Source of the DNA: Octopus bimaculoides
Lineage: Eukaryota
DNA: 38,770 nucleotides
NCBI RefSeq assembly: GCF_001194135.2
Contig: NC_069007.1
Location: 7,763,403 to 7,802,172 of the forward strand
Reading direction: 5' to 3'
In this document: positions 1 through 10,849 of the stretch, one piece after another
Numbering within the stretch: position 1 is the first letter of the stretch
How the letters are laid out: each line of letters starts with the position of its first letter
Notes under the pieces: model-generated
Told to the model about the DNA's origin: nothing
The model's database searches: none
The model's input: only the letters and a program-made list of their open reading frames with translations
Made by a program: the position numbers and the translations under genes

Positions 1-80
1 GGGGTCGATTTGCTCGACTAAAGGCGGTGCTCCAGCATGGCCACAGTCAAATGACTGAAACAAGTAAAAGAGTAAAAGAG
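1..80 (+). mobile_element. 3' end of tRNA-derived SINE family A (tail ...ACTGAAACAAGTAAAAGAG)
   Basis: Same tail as the full copy at 8211-8628. Confidence 0.85.
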
Positions 81-880
81 GTAAAGAAAAAAAAAAACCT
101 AATTAGCCATGCAGAGAATAAACCAGAAAAGCCAAAAAATTTGAGATATTTCATTGAAAAAAACAAAAGCTGTTTTTTTCTCCTCATTTTACAAAACTTC
201 GTTTGTTTACAGAAGCTCACAAACAACAGTGAAATTTTATGTAGGACACTAAATATACTTGGTTGGGCTTGTAACAGTTTTTATCATCAACACTATCACA
301 GATGTTGTCCATCTAGAATTTCTTGTTTGTGTGATTTCAATATTAATTTCTCGTCACCATGTTACAAACTGATTAGCTACTATCAATAATTAATATTTCA
401 CTGGAAGAAAACAGTTTGTGTTGGTGTTGTTGCAGTTGTTGAGTTCCAAACCAGTATTTGGGCTATCTTGTTTGTTTGTTGTTGTTGTTAATGGTATCAA
501 GGGGGGAGGGGAAGAGGTAGGGGGCAGTGCCCTTGACCCTTTTCAGAATCTCTGCAGTTGGGAAGAAGAGAAGAAGGGAGGGAGGATAGAGTCATCATCA
601 TTGTTTTATATCCACTTGCCAAGCTGACATGGGTCGGAGGGGTTGCCATGATTGGAGTCAGAGGACTGCATATCACTCATTTCATTTCTGGGGTGGTTTC
701 TACAGCTGGATGCCTTTCCTAACACGCTTACCCTTTTGTTTCAGTCAATGGATAGTAACCATGCTGGAGCACAACCTTGTAAGGTTTTGTCGAGTGGTTC
801 TCAGCCACTTTTTTACCCATGAATCCCTTTGATTTCCATTCTGCTCAAGTGAACCCTCATAGCCATTTGCTGTTCAAAAT

Positions 881-1293
881 ATCATCATCATCGTTGTTAT
901 ATAATGTCTGTTATCCATGCTGGCATGGGTTGGACAGTGACTGAAACTGGTAGACTGGAGAGCTGCACCAGGATCCAATCTGATTTGGCATGGTTTCTAC
1001 GGCTGGGGGCCCTTCCTAACACCAGCCACTTTATAGTGTGTAATGGGTACTTTTTACGTGCCACCAGCACGGTGACGGTTACGTGACACTGGCATTGGAC
1101 ATAACTACAATTTCCCCTGGCTTGACGAATCTTCTCGAGCATGGCATATCATCAAAGATCTCGGTCACTTGTCATTGCCTCCATGAGGCCCAACATTTGA
1201 AGATCATGCTTCACCACTTTGTCCCATATCTTCCTGGGTCTGCCCCTTCCATAGGTTCCCTCCACAGTTAGAGACTGGCACTTCTTTACACAG
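881..1293 (-). mobile_element. RTE-clade LINE 3' end (ORF C-terminus, 3'UTR, (GAT)n tail)
   Basis: Minus strand reads ...GTYGRGRPRKIWDKVVKHDLQMLGL..., a typical RTE C-terminus with stops, then GGAAGGGC(A)TCC and an ATG-repeat tail. Confidence 0.75.
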
Positions 1294-1384
1294 CTGCTCT
1301 CATATTTTTACAATTAAATTGCCTGGAAATTGTATGAAAAATTGTAACACTATTTTGTGTGAACCTGTGCAATTGCCATGTGGT

Positions 1385-1510
1385 ATCCAAGAGACCAGAA
1401 AAGCCACTTGGTAGACCTCCATGATGATGGGAAGATGATTTAGTCAAGCAATTCGGGTCAAGATGGAAAAGAATGGAGCAATGAAGACAGAATTAGAAGT
1501 GCATTGTGAC
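1385..1510 (+). mobile_element. Decayed RTE-like C-terminal fragment of another subfamily
   Basis: Reads KRPEKPLGRPP**WEDDLVKQFGSRWKR, like the RTE GRP..RW.DD motif. Confidence 0.5.
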
Positions 1511-1912
1511 CTGTGGTGTGTAACAGCATCTAATGGCCCACTCAATACTGTGACACACAGACAACACATTTCATTCAGTTTCCATCTGCTAAATCCACTC
1601 ACAACGCCATTGTCAGCCTGGGGCTATAGAAGACACTTGCCCAAAGTGCTGTGTAGTGGGACTGAACCCAAGATCACATGGTTGGGAAGTAAGCTTCTCA
1701 ACCACACAGCCACACTTGTACCTACACAACTACATTTCCCAAAACGGAAATAGAATTATCTACAAAAGATGAAGAAATAAGTACAGGACAATCAATTTGA
1801 TCAATTAAAAACTGTTAAAGAACTCTGCTCCAGCATGGTCACAGGCTGATGATCAAAGCCTGTGAAAGAGCAAGCAGAGAGAAACAGTTCAAGAAAACAA
1901 AAGAGAACTCAC

Positions 1913-1992
1913 CTTTGTGTGTTTTCTGGTGTGTCTTTAAGTTACCTGCGGTGCTGTATGTACGCGTACAACCCGTAAAAGTACATCGGAAC
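1913..1992 (-). CDS. MTF1: MTF1 coding exon, C2H2 zinc finger 1 (gene continues left of the window)
   Basis: Acceptor TCTTTTTTCAG| and donor AAG|GTGAGT; 80 nt, phase 2/1. Translates (R)[26 protein letters not shown](G), versus recalled human ZF1 [28 protein letters not shown]. Confidence 0.95.
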
Positions 1993-2197
1993 CTGAAAAA
2001 AGAATCGACAACAATAGAAATTTTTTAAATAAGCTGCCAAACCGTTTCTTTTTTCCTCCCCGTCCCCCTGGCTAGGTAACCATGTCCTGCTCTACAGCAA
2101 GACACCTGTTTCTGCCTCTGTGTCTGTCACACACCAATCTTTCATCATCTGACACGAGATCAACCCCTCCAATGCCACATCACCTCTGAAAGGATCT

Positions 2198-2634
2198 TTA
2201 GTCTTGCAAGTTACCTGTTGACCCTCCCAGTGCTGGTGCCACATGAAAAGCATCCAGTCCACACTGTGAAGTGGTTGGCATTTGAAAGGGCAATGTCCTC
2301 GTCCCCTCTCAAAATTCATTGTCTTGAAGGTTATTTGGTGACTCTGCCTGTACTGGTGTCATGTAAAAAGCATCCAGTCCACGCTGTGAAGTGGTTGGCA
2401 TTTGAAAGGGCATCCAGCTGTAAAAACCATGCCAAAACTGACCTTGCTTGTGCTGGTGCCACATAAAAAGCACTGAGTCCATTCTGCGGAGTGGTTGGTG
2501 TTAGGAAGGGCATCCAGCCATAATAACCCTTTTAAAACAGACACAGTAGCCAGGTGTAGTATTCTACTTGGCCAACTCCTGTCAAGCCATCCAACCCATG
2601 CCAGCATGGAAGGGGGACATTAAATGATGATGAT
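2198..2634 (+). mobile_element. RTE-type 3'UTR element with internal tandem triplication
   Basis: The segment GTGCTGGTGCCACATGAAAAGCA...GGAAGGGCA occurs three times (near 2230, 2350, 2451), followed by the tail AAATGATGATGAT. Confidence 0.65.
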
Positions 2635-2767
2635 AACCTACTCCTAGAATCCAACATACAGGCTGTCCTTGAGATTCGTCCATTTGATTTTGCATTTCTC
2701 AAAGCTTACTAGAGTTGGAGGAGTACTAGAGTACAAAATTGGAACAAATTTTACAACTGCAAATATA

Positions 2768-3232
2768 CTGTAAATCCTTGAGTATAATACGCAGGGGATT
2801 TTTAGGGGGCTGTACCTCTGTAAAACCTAAACCTCGTGTATAATATGCACCCCTTCTCTAACTTGAGTCAAGGAGGTCTATATAACGTCCTTGGTTCGTA
2901 AACATATATACGGTAACGTCCTTTATTATTATTGTATATATAACAATGCAAACATGTAGCTTTTTTGTGCACTTTGCAGAAAATAAAGAAATAACAGTAA
3001 TAACGTCAGTGAAAAATAAATATTAAGTAAATTGGTTTTACATATTTATCACTATCAGTTACAAGCCCGACATCACAAAATGAGTCTGAATAAACATTGC
3101 CGGACAGCAAAAAAGAGACTCGGACATTGCTTAGAAAATATTTTTCATTTTTAACCTCGTATATAGTACGCACTACGGATTTTGACCTTTAAATTTTAGG
3201 AAAAAATTGCAGATTATACTTGAGGATTTACG

Positions 3233-3233
<1 letters not shown>
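2768..3233. mobile_element. Tc1/mariner (pogo/Tigger-type) MITE with TA TSD
   Basis: TA|CTGTAAATCCTTGAGTATAA ... TTATACTTGAGGATTTACGG|TA: about 20-bp TIRs with 3 mismatches; no ORF. Confidence 0.75.
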
Positions 3234-3270
<37 letters not shown>

Positions 3271-3971
3271 TTCCATTTTTACATGCGTGACACTTACAGT
3301 CAGTCAAATAGACCAATTTCAAAGGCTGTCTGTGTGTGTGTTGTCACCATCTGTCTCTCTCACTCTGACTGGGTAACCATTTATCTCCTCTACACCAAGG
3401 CACCTGTTTCTATCCCTCTGTCACAAGGCCACTAACCTCTCATCACCTGGCACAAGGGCACTGCCTCCAATTCCCCTCCCCACCCTTTGTTTTGTGAGTT
3501 CAGGGATTTCTCTCTAAATATGAAACCAATGGATCCTTAAATATATACATGTGTGTGTGTGCGTATTAAGTAATTGATAGGGAAGACATGCACCGAGAAA
3601 TTCCTTACATAAATCCTGCAACAAAAGTGTAGTACAACGGATGACACCTGGTAGTCATAAGTGGTGAACATGCTCTCAAGGGACACTACTAGGGACATAC
3701 ACAAAACAAGGTTTGGACACTACATTTTAAAGTCTCCTATCTAAACTTTAATTTTAAACATTATCCATCTATCTATCTATATAAATACGCATTTTGTTCC
3801 ATTTATTATTATTCTTCACATCTACTCAAAATACATCACTTTAACATGGTATTTCTACCTATTAACCGGGTATGATATCCCAGTTTTTGTGATTTTTGCT
3901 ACCCCGGTAACTATTAACATATTTACATTATCAAGGTTTTTCAACCGAGATAATATTAATATATACATAAA

Positions 3972-4130
3972 TTGGTTGGCGTTAGGAAGGGCATCCAGCT
4001 GTAGAAACTCTGCCAAATTAGATTGGAGCCTGGTGTTGCCATCCGGTTTCACCAGTCCTCAGTCAAATCGTCCAACCCATGCTAGCATGGAAAGCGGACG
4101 TTAAACGATGATGATGATGATGATGATGAT
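3972..4130 (+). mobile_element. RTE-type 3' tail fragment with (GAT)n
   Basis: TTAGGAAGGGCATCCAGC...CATGCTAGCATGGAAAGCGGACGTTAAACGATGATG; similar copies near 6915(-), 12000(-), 15424, 27960(-), 32890(-). Confidence 0.8.
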
Positions 4131-4623
4131 ATATATGAGTAGAATGTAGGCTAGTTGAAATATGTCACATATTTCAAATGCTTTAAGCAAATACACTGAA
4201 TTTAATGTGGAGAATAAATCTCTGTTAAGGTAAAAAGGTGTGAAAACACCTGGTTCATTCAGTGTCATCATCTATTAGGAATCTCAGACATGACACTCAA
4301 CGAACTGGTGTTGTCACACCTTTTNNNNNNNNNNNNNNNNNNNNNNNNNNNNNNNNNNNNNNNNNNNNNNNNNNNNNNNNNNNNNNNNNNNNNNNNNNNN
4401 NNNNNNNNNNNNNNNNNNNNNNNNNNNNNNNNNNNNNNNNNTATATATAAGGATTTACTTTTTGTAATGAGATAAAAAAAACCAAGGCTGTGTATAATAT
4501 AGAACATTTATAAATAGAATGTCTTACAGCTGTTTCGAAGATATTTATTATATCCCTTCATTGGAGACGGTGTGAAAGGATGGTTAAGCAATGGTTAATT
4601 TAGATAAGATAGGAAATAGAGAA

Positions 4624-4856
4624 AACGGCGGTGAGCTGGCAGAATCGTTAGCACGCCGGGCGAAATGCTTAGAAGTATTTCGTCTGCCATTACGTTCTGA
4701 GTTCAAGTTCCGCCGAGGTCGACATTGCCTTTCATCCTTTCGGGGTCGATAAATTAAGTACCAGTTACGCACTGGGGTCGATGTAATCGACTTAATGCCT
4801 TTGTCTGTCCTTGTTTGTCCCCTCTGTGTGTAGCCCCTTGTGGGCAGTAAAGAAAC
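4624..4856 (+). mobile_element. tRNA-derived SINE family B (GGCGGTGAGCTGGCAGAATCG head) with 18-bp TSD
   Basis: AAGATAGGAAATAGAGAA at 4606-4623 and 4857-4874; related copies near 5640, 12170, 12534 and 34328-34510 (-). Confidence 0.88.
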
Positions 4857-5184
4857 AAGATAGGAAATAGAGAATGAATTGGAGGAACGAAAATAGATGT
4901 GAGATATGCAGGGATATTGTATTTGTAGATCCATTATTTAGGCAGAATGGTGTACATATAAGATTCCAATGTCTTGTGGACCCCTTATTTGCATAATCAC
5001 CGAACCTGGAGCTTAACTATGGTCTATCCATAGCACTTACTCAGCATTACCTGAAACCTCTGGGTCTAATTGACACCACTACCGCTCATAACCTATATAT
5101 ATATACATATGTATACACATATATATATATATTAGCCACATGTATATCCAATATGTACTTTGGCACTGGTAATAAGAGAAATAC

Positions 5185-5325
5185 CTTTTCACTTCTTTTG
5201 CTTGTGTCTGTGGATCCTGTCTCTCTATAGTCAGCGTAGCATGTGTAGGGTTAAGGGGCATCGGACTATCACCTGGGTTTATCTGCATTAATATCTGATG
5301 TTCAGAGATTGTGTTGTGGATGTAC
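5185..5325 (-). CDS. MTF1: MTF1 coding exon, conserved pre-zinc-finger segment
   Basis: Long polypyrimidine tract ending TTCCACAG| and donor AAG|GTATTT; 141 nt, phase 2/2. Translates (G)YIHNTISEHQILMQINPGDSPMPLNPTHATLTIERQDPQTQAKEVK(R), versus recalled human MTF1 [48 protein letters not shown]. Confidence 0.93.
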
Positions 5326-5639
5326 CTGTGGAAGAACAAGAAAAGAAAAAAAAAATAGCAGCAGCACATAAAAACACACACAAAGAAAGAACTTCTCTAC
5401 TTTGTCCCATGTTAGAATTAGCAGCTAAATCTCCGTTAAATCACACAATTGTTTTTTAAACTAGTGAAGAAAACATTATGTAATGTAATCCAAGCTATGT
5501 TCTACCTGAAAAGGAAATTAAAAAACTAAGATTGGCCGGTCATAGCTGGAACATTCTTTAAAAACATAAGGCTGTGAGATCAGGGCTGACCAGAGGCCTG
5601 AACAAAAAACAACAATGCATCTAAGATTATATTATTTTA

Positions 5640-5831
5640 AGGCGGTGAGCTGGCAGAATTGTTAGCCTGCTGGACAAAGAGCGACATTTCGTCTGTCTTT
5701 ACGTTTTGAGTTCAAATTCCACTGGGATTGACTTTGCCTTTCATCCATTCAGGGTTAATAAAACAAGTACCAGCTGAGTACTGGGTTGATGTAATCGACT
5801 TAACCCATAAAATTTCAGGCCTTGTGTCTAT
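5640..5831 (+). mobile_element. SINE family B-related copy
   Basis: Same head and GAGTTCAAATTCC B-box-like motif as 4624. Confidence 0.75.
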
Positions 5832-6115
5832 AGAAGAAAGGATAGAATAAATACTAGACTTTAAAAATGTACTGGGGTCGAATCATTTGACTAAAAATTC
5901 AAGGCAGTGCCCCAGCATGGCCGTAGTCTAATGATTGAAAACAAAAGATTACTCAGTAAAATGACTCATTAAGTTGGTGGTTGGAACATAGCATGAAATT
6001 TTGATACGTTTTAGTTAACACCATTTTAAAACAAGAAGCTTGTTTCACAGGATGGAAGGGCACCCTCAGGCGGGTCGGTATCAAAAGGGTTAACTCTCTT
6101 GTTACCATATTCTTT

Positions 6116-6497
6116 CATTCTCTTACTTGTTTCAGTCATTTGACTGCAGCTATGCTGGAGCACCACTCCGAAGGGTTTTAGTTGAACAAGTTGACCCCCA
6201 GGACTTATTTCTAGTACTTATTCCATCGGACTCCTTTGCCGAACCGCTAAGTTATGAGGGACGTAAACACACCAACACCAGTTGTCAAGTGGTGATGGGG
6301 AACAAACACAGACACGAAGACATACACACATATACGATGGTCTTCTTTCAGTTTCCATCAACCAAATCCACTGACAAGGCTTTAGCCAGCTTGAGGCTAA
6401 AGTAGAAGACACTTGCCCAAGGTAACATGCAGTGGGACTGAACCTGGAACCATGTGGTTGGGAAGATATCTTCTGACCACATAGCCTTGCCTGCACC
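6116..6497 (-). mobile_element. SINE family A, diverged copy
   Basis: Reverse-complement similarity to 8211-8628. Confidence 0.8.
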
Positions 6498-6583
6498 TAT
6501 ACACATTGCATTTGTTTTCAATTAATTTTTAAAAATGAGGAATTTAGAGAAATAAACATGAAATTTTGAAGGAGGGGGTTTAA

Positions 6584-6802
6584 CCCCTTCAGCATTCAGA
6601 TTTCGCTGTCAAATGCAATGCTTATTTATTCACAGTTTTGTATTAATCATGCATTATCTTGTAGCCTCAAGATTTTAATGATGTGATTGTCTAATTTTAA
6701 AATGACATTGTAGGGTAGGTGTGAGAGATTGGATCTGGTCAGTTTTACCATAAAATGAGTAGAATATTTGGGTCAGGTATGACCAGAGTAAATGCTAAAG
6801 GG
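6584..6802. mobile_element. piggyBac-type MITE, same family
   Basis: TTAA|CCCCTTCAGCATT ... AATGCTAAAGGG|TCAA. Confidence 0.7.
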
Positions 6803-7274
6803 TCAATTTAGACCACTTTAAAGTGAAAAGTTTGTGTCATAGCACTAAGATCAACGAGCCGGTACCAAATGGATTAACATTTCTGTGACCATATTTATGT
6901 TGGAATAAAACTTTGTTTCAGTTCATCATCATTTAGTGCCTGTTGTCCAGGCTGACATGGATTGATGGTGTGACCAGGGCTAGCAAGCTGGGGTGGAAGG
7001 GGCTGCACCAGGTTCCAGTCTGATTTGGCATGATATCCTTCCTAATGCCAACCACTTCAAAGTGTGTGCTGGGCGCTTCCACGGGTTGCCGCACGGGAGC
7101 TTTTGAAAATAGTGAAGAATTTATTGCTAGTAAATTGACTCATTATCAATGTGGTGTTTGGAACATAAATTGACATGAAATTTTGAAGGAAGATTTTTTA
7201 GATCACTTTTAAATACGAAGTTTGTATTGTAGAACAAGGAGTATTTTTAGGTGTGTTGGAATCCAAAAATTTAA

Positions 7275-7489
7275 CCCTTCAGCATTCAAACCGGTTATAT
7301 CCAGCCAAAATATTCCGTTTTTATGTTCAAACTGGCCAGATCTGGACTGCCACCTATCTTATAATTTCATATAAAAAATAAACAATTACATCGTCAAAAT
7401 TTCGAAACTATCAGATAAAGCAAGATTAATTTAAAACAATGTGAATAATTAAGCATTACATTTGACAGAGTAATCTGAACACTGAAGGG
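7275..7489. mobile_element. piggyBac-type MITE (TTAA|CCCT...AGGG|TTAA)
   Basis: TTAA on both sides; TIR CCCTTCAGCATTCA versus reverse complement CCCTTCAGTGTTCA. Confidence 0.8.
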
Positions 7490-7880
7490 TTAAACACCTA
7501 ACTATTTGTCCCTCAGAACATTTTAGCCCTTTAGAATTTAAACTAGCTGTATCCGGCCTAAATACTGTTTTATGGTCGTACTGACCAGATCCAATCTCTC
7601 ACACCTACCCTACAATGCCATTCTACAAATAAGCAATCACGTTGTTGAAGTCTGAAAGCTACAAACTAACGCATGATTAATTCAAAACAAAGAGAATAAC
7701 TAAGCATTACATTTGATAGAATAATCTGGATGCTAAAGGCATCCTGCCAAATCAGAGCCTAGTCAATCCCATCAACCCCAGCGCTCAACTGGTACTGAAA
7801 TGGTGGAGCCTGGTGCAGCCATCTGGTTTGCCAGTCCTCAGTCAAATCGTCCAACCCATGCTAGCATGGAAAGCGGATAC

Positions 7881-8061
7881 AACTAGCCAGATCTGGTTTC
7901 TCACACCTACCGTACAATGTCATTCTAAAAATAGACTAACACATCATCAAAGTCTACAAGCTGCAAGATAATGTGAAGCCTTACATTTCACAGAGTGATC
8001 TGCATGCTGAAGAGTTGATGTATTATCTGTACTTGTGTGTGTTGGATATTGATGTGGCTGT
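7881..8061. repeat. 181-bp perfect inverted repeat, arm 1 (arm 2 at 10458-10638)
   Basis: A base-by-base reverse-complement comparison showed no mismatch. Confidence 0.9.
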
Positions 8062-8210
8062 TGTCAAGTTTCAGGCCTTGTGCCTATAGTAGAAAGGATT
8101 ATTATTATTATTATTATATTATTATTATTATTATTCTTTGCTTTCTAGACCAAAGCAATTAGGTATTAACACTTTAATGACCAAAGACAAACAAAAGCCT
8201 AAAATTTGTT

Positions 8211-8628
8211 AGGAGTGGCTGTGTGGTAAGTAGCTTGCTTACCAACCACATGGTTCTGGGTTCAGTCCCACTGCGTGGCACCTTGGGCAAGTGTCTTCTA
8301 CTATAGCCTCGGGCCGACCAATGCCTTGTGAGTGGATTTGGTAGACGGAAACTGAAAGAAGCCTGTCGTATATATGTATATATATATATATGTATGTGTG
8401 TGTATGTGTTTGTGTCTGTTCCCCCCCCCCCCAGCTTCGCTTGACGACCGATGCTGGTGTGTTTGCGTCCCTGTAACTTGGCGGATTGGCAAAAAGAGAC
8501 CGATAGAATAAGTACTAGGCTTACAAAGAATAAGTCCTGGGGTAGAGTTGCTCGACTAAAGGCGGTGCTGCAGCATGGCCGCAGTCAAATGACTGAAACA
8601 AGTAAAAGAGTAAAAGGAGTAAAAGAGA
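8211..8628 (+). mobile_element. Near full-length SINE family A (octopus OR/OK-group-like; name recalled)
   Basis: A-box-like TGGCTGTGTGG, B-box-like GGGTTCAGTCCC, CCTTGGGCAAG core-like motif, internal (TA)/(TG) microsatellite and GTAAAAGA-repeat tail; many other copies in the window. Confidence 0.85.
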
Positions 8629-9145
8629 GTGTAATCAATGAAACCTTAAACATGGACTTGTAAATCTATGATGACATGAACAAATTGAAATATTTAAATG
8701 AATCATTATAAAATTAACTTCCATTTCAATGCCATGTTGAAATCAGCTGACCCATATCATGTTTTGCGTTATGACCCATTCCATCTTATGTTTGCTTAAA
8801 CCTGCTCCTTGGTATAAAATGTGACACTTGAACCCTAAACCTTTTCGATAGCAACCTGCCTCAAAGTGTCTGTGGTTCTGTAACACTAACTTCCTGTTTT
8901 AAAGTGATCCAGTTTAAAATTTGTCCCCCAAATTTCAGGTTCACCTTTTTGTATTCAAACCAGTCGTGTCTGGCCAAAACATTCTACATGCTTTATGCTC
9001 AAACCAGCCAGATCCAGATTCTCCCACCTACGCTACAATGTCATTCTAAAATCATAGACTCATAACACTGAAATCTCAAAGCTACAAAATAACACACAAT
9101 TAATTCAAGACAATGTGAAGAAATAAGCATTACATTTGACAGAGC

Positions 9146-9466
9146 GAAGGCACGTAGCTTAGTGGTAAATGTATATGGCTCACAATTGCAAGGTCAGGAG
9201 TACAATTCCCAGTGACATGTGTCCTTGAACTAGACCTTTTATTTTACATTGCTCCAGTTTATTAAGCTGGCAAAAACTAGAAGTATCATTTCAAGTGGCC
9301 AGCCTCGTCACACACAGTATCATGCTGAATTTCCCTGAAAACTATGTTAAGCGTACATACGTCTGTGGGGTACTCAACCACTTGCACGTTAATTTCACGA
9401 GCTGGCTGTTCTGTTGGTTGGATCAACTAGAACCCTAATCATCGTAACTAATGGAGTACCAGTTAT
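9146..9466 (+). mobile_element. tRNA-headed SINE family C inserted in a piggyBac-type MITE, 12-bp TSD
   Basis: ATTTGACAGAGC at 9134-9145 and 9467-9478; tRNA-like head GTAGCTTAGTGGTAA. Confidence 0.75.
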
Positions 9467-10160
9467 ATTTGACAGAGCAATCCGAATGTTAAGGGCTAAT
9501 GTATGTTCCAAACACCAGCTTAATAACAAAAAAGTTGTTTTGCTAAATCCTTCATTATTTTCAAAACCAAAACAAAAACAGTGTATTTCAACAGAAATAT
9601 GGTCACAAAAAAGGTTGACGCTTTTGATACCAATCTCTCTAAAACCATCTTTGGTTCTTTGATAGAAACTTCCTGTTTTAGAGTGATCTAAAACAAACCT
9701 TCCATCAAAATTCCATGCTAATATATATATATTCCTATCGACAATTTAATAATGACAGTTATTTTACCAAATTTTTTATTTTCAAAATGAACTGAAACAA
9801 AAGCAGTGGATTTCAACGGAATTATGGTAACAAAAGGCCTAAATACTGACATTGCATTGTGTTATCCTTAGGAAGGATCTCGCAGTATCATCAGTAACCA
9901 ACACATTTTGATACATCAACACACACAATGGATTTTGAGCTTGATGGAAAAAAAGAAATAATACAGTTCTTTGCTCAAGAGAACAAAATGCCATGTGGTG
10001 TTTGTGTTGGTTCATTGCTCTCACTTCAAAATCACAACTCTGTCTTTCATCCCTCAGGGGCTTGTCGATAGACTGGCAGAAGCCTTAGAGGGTTAAACAA
10101 AATACCTTGTGGTGATTGCCTTGACCCGCTCTAGTAGGAATCCTTGGGTGTATTTGGGAT

Positions 10161-10410
10161 TCCACTCTGTTGTCAACCAATTTAACACCACCACCTGGTC
10201 CTTGGCTACCTCTAGTAATGTCCACTCTGTTGTCACCCAGTTTAACACCACCTCTTGGTCCTGGGCTACCTTTGTGCCCATTCTGTTGTCAGCCAGTTTA
10301 ATAACACCTCTAGTCCTTGGCTACCTTTAGCAGAGTCCACTCTGTTGTTACCCAGTTTGCCACCACCCCTTGGTCCTTGGCTACCTTTAATAGTGTCCAC
10401 TCTGTTGTCA
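10161..10410. repeat. Minisatellite, about 60-bp unit, about 4.3 copies
   Basis: Units begin TCCACTCTGTTGT at 10161, 10221, about 10277, 10336 and 10396. Confidence 0.9.
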
Positions 10411-10457
10411 GACTTGAATAACAATGATAAAAAGAGTGTATGTTGGAGGAAGGCATG

Positions 10458-10638
10458 ACAGCCACATCAATATCCAACACACACAAGTACAGATAATACA
10501 TCAACTCTTCAGCATGCAGATCACTCTGTGAAATGTAAGGCTTCACATTATCTTGCAGCTTGTAGACTTTGATGATGTGTTAGTCTATTTTTAGAATGAC
10601 ATTGTACGGTAGGTGTGAGAAACCAGATCTGGCTAGTT
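10458..10638. repeat. 181-bp perfect inverted repeat, arm 2
   Basis: Reverse complement of 7881-8061. Confidence 0.9.
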
Positions 10639-10813
10639 TGAACATAAAACAATATTTGGGTCAAATATGTCCAGTTTAACCCTTTTGTTACCATATTTCT
10701 GTTAAGATGCTGTTAATATAACAAAGAATTTAGTAAAATAACTTAGTTATCATTAAACTAGTGTTAGGAACATAAATTGTGACTAAGGTTTGGTGGAAGA
10801 TTTTAATTCAGAA

Positions 10814-10849
<36 letters not shown>

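Noticed and set aside
27-389. 120-aa ORF and the many 60-130 aa ORFs with motifs such as LQHGHSQMTETSK, PMLAWKADVKR, FQFPSTKS
   Set aside because: Recurrent translations of SINE and RTE-tail sequence, not genes.
290-415. Possible next MTF1 exon (minus-strand TTTTCTTCCAG acceptor)
   Set aside because: In the required phase it reads VKY then stop and lacks the expected GEY/ZF2; the next exon lies outside the window.
4624-9200. tRNA genes at SINE heads
   Set aside because: A- and B-box-like motifs only, with no cloverleaf; they continue into SINE bodies.
10161-10410. CRISPR-like array
   Set aside because: Eukaryotic DNA, the whole unit repeats with no unique spacers, and there are no cas genes.
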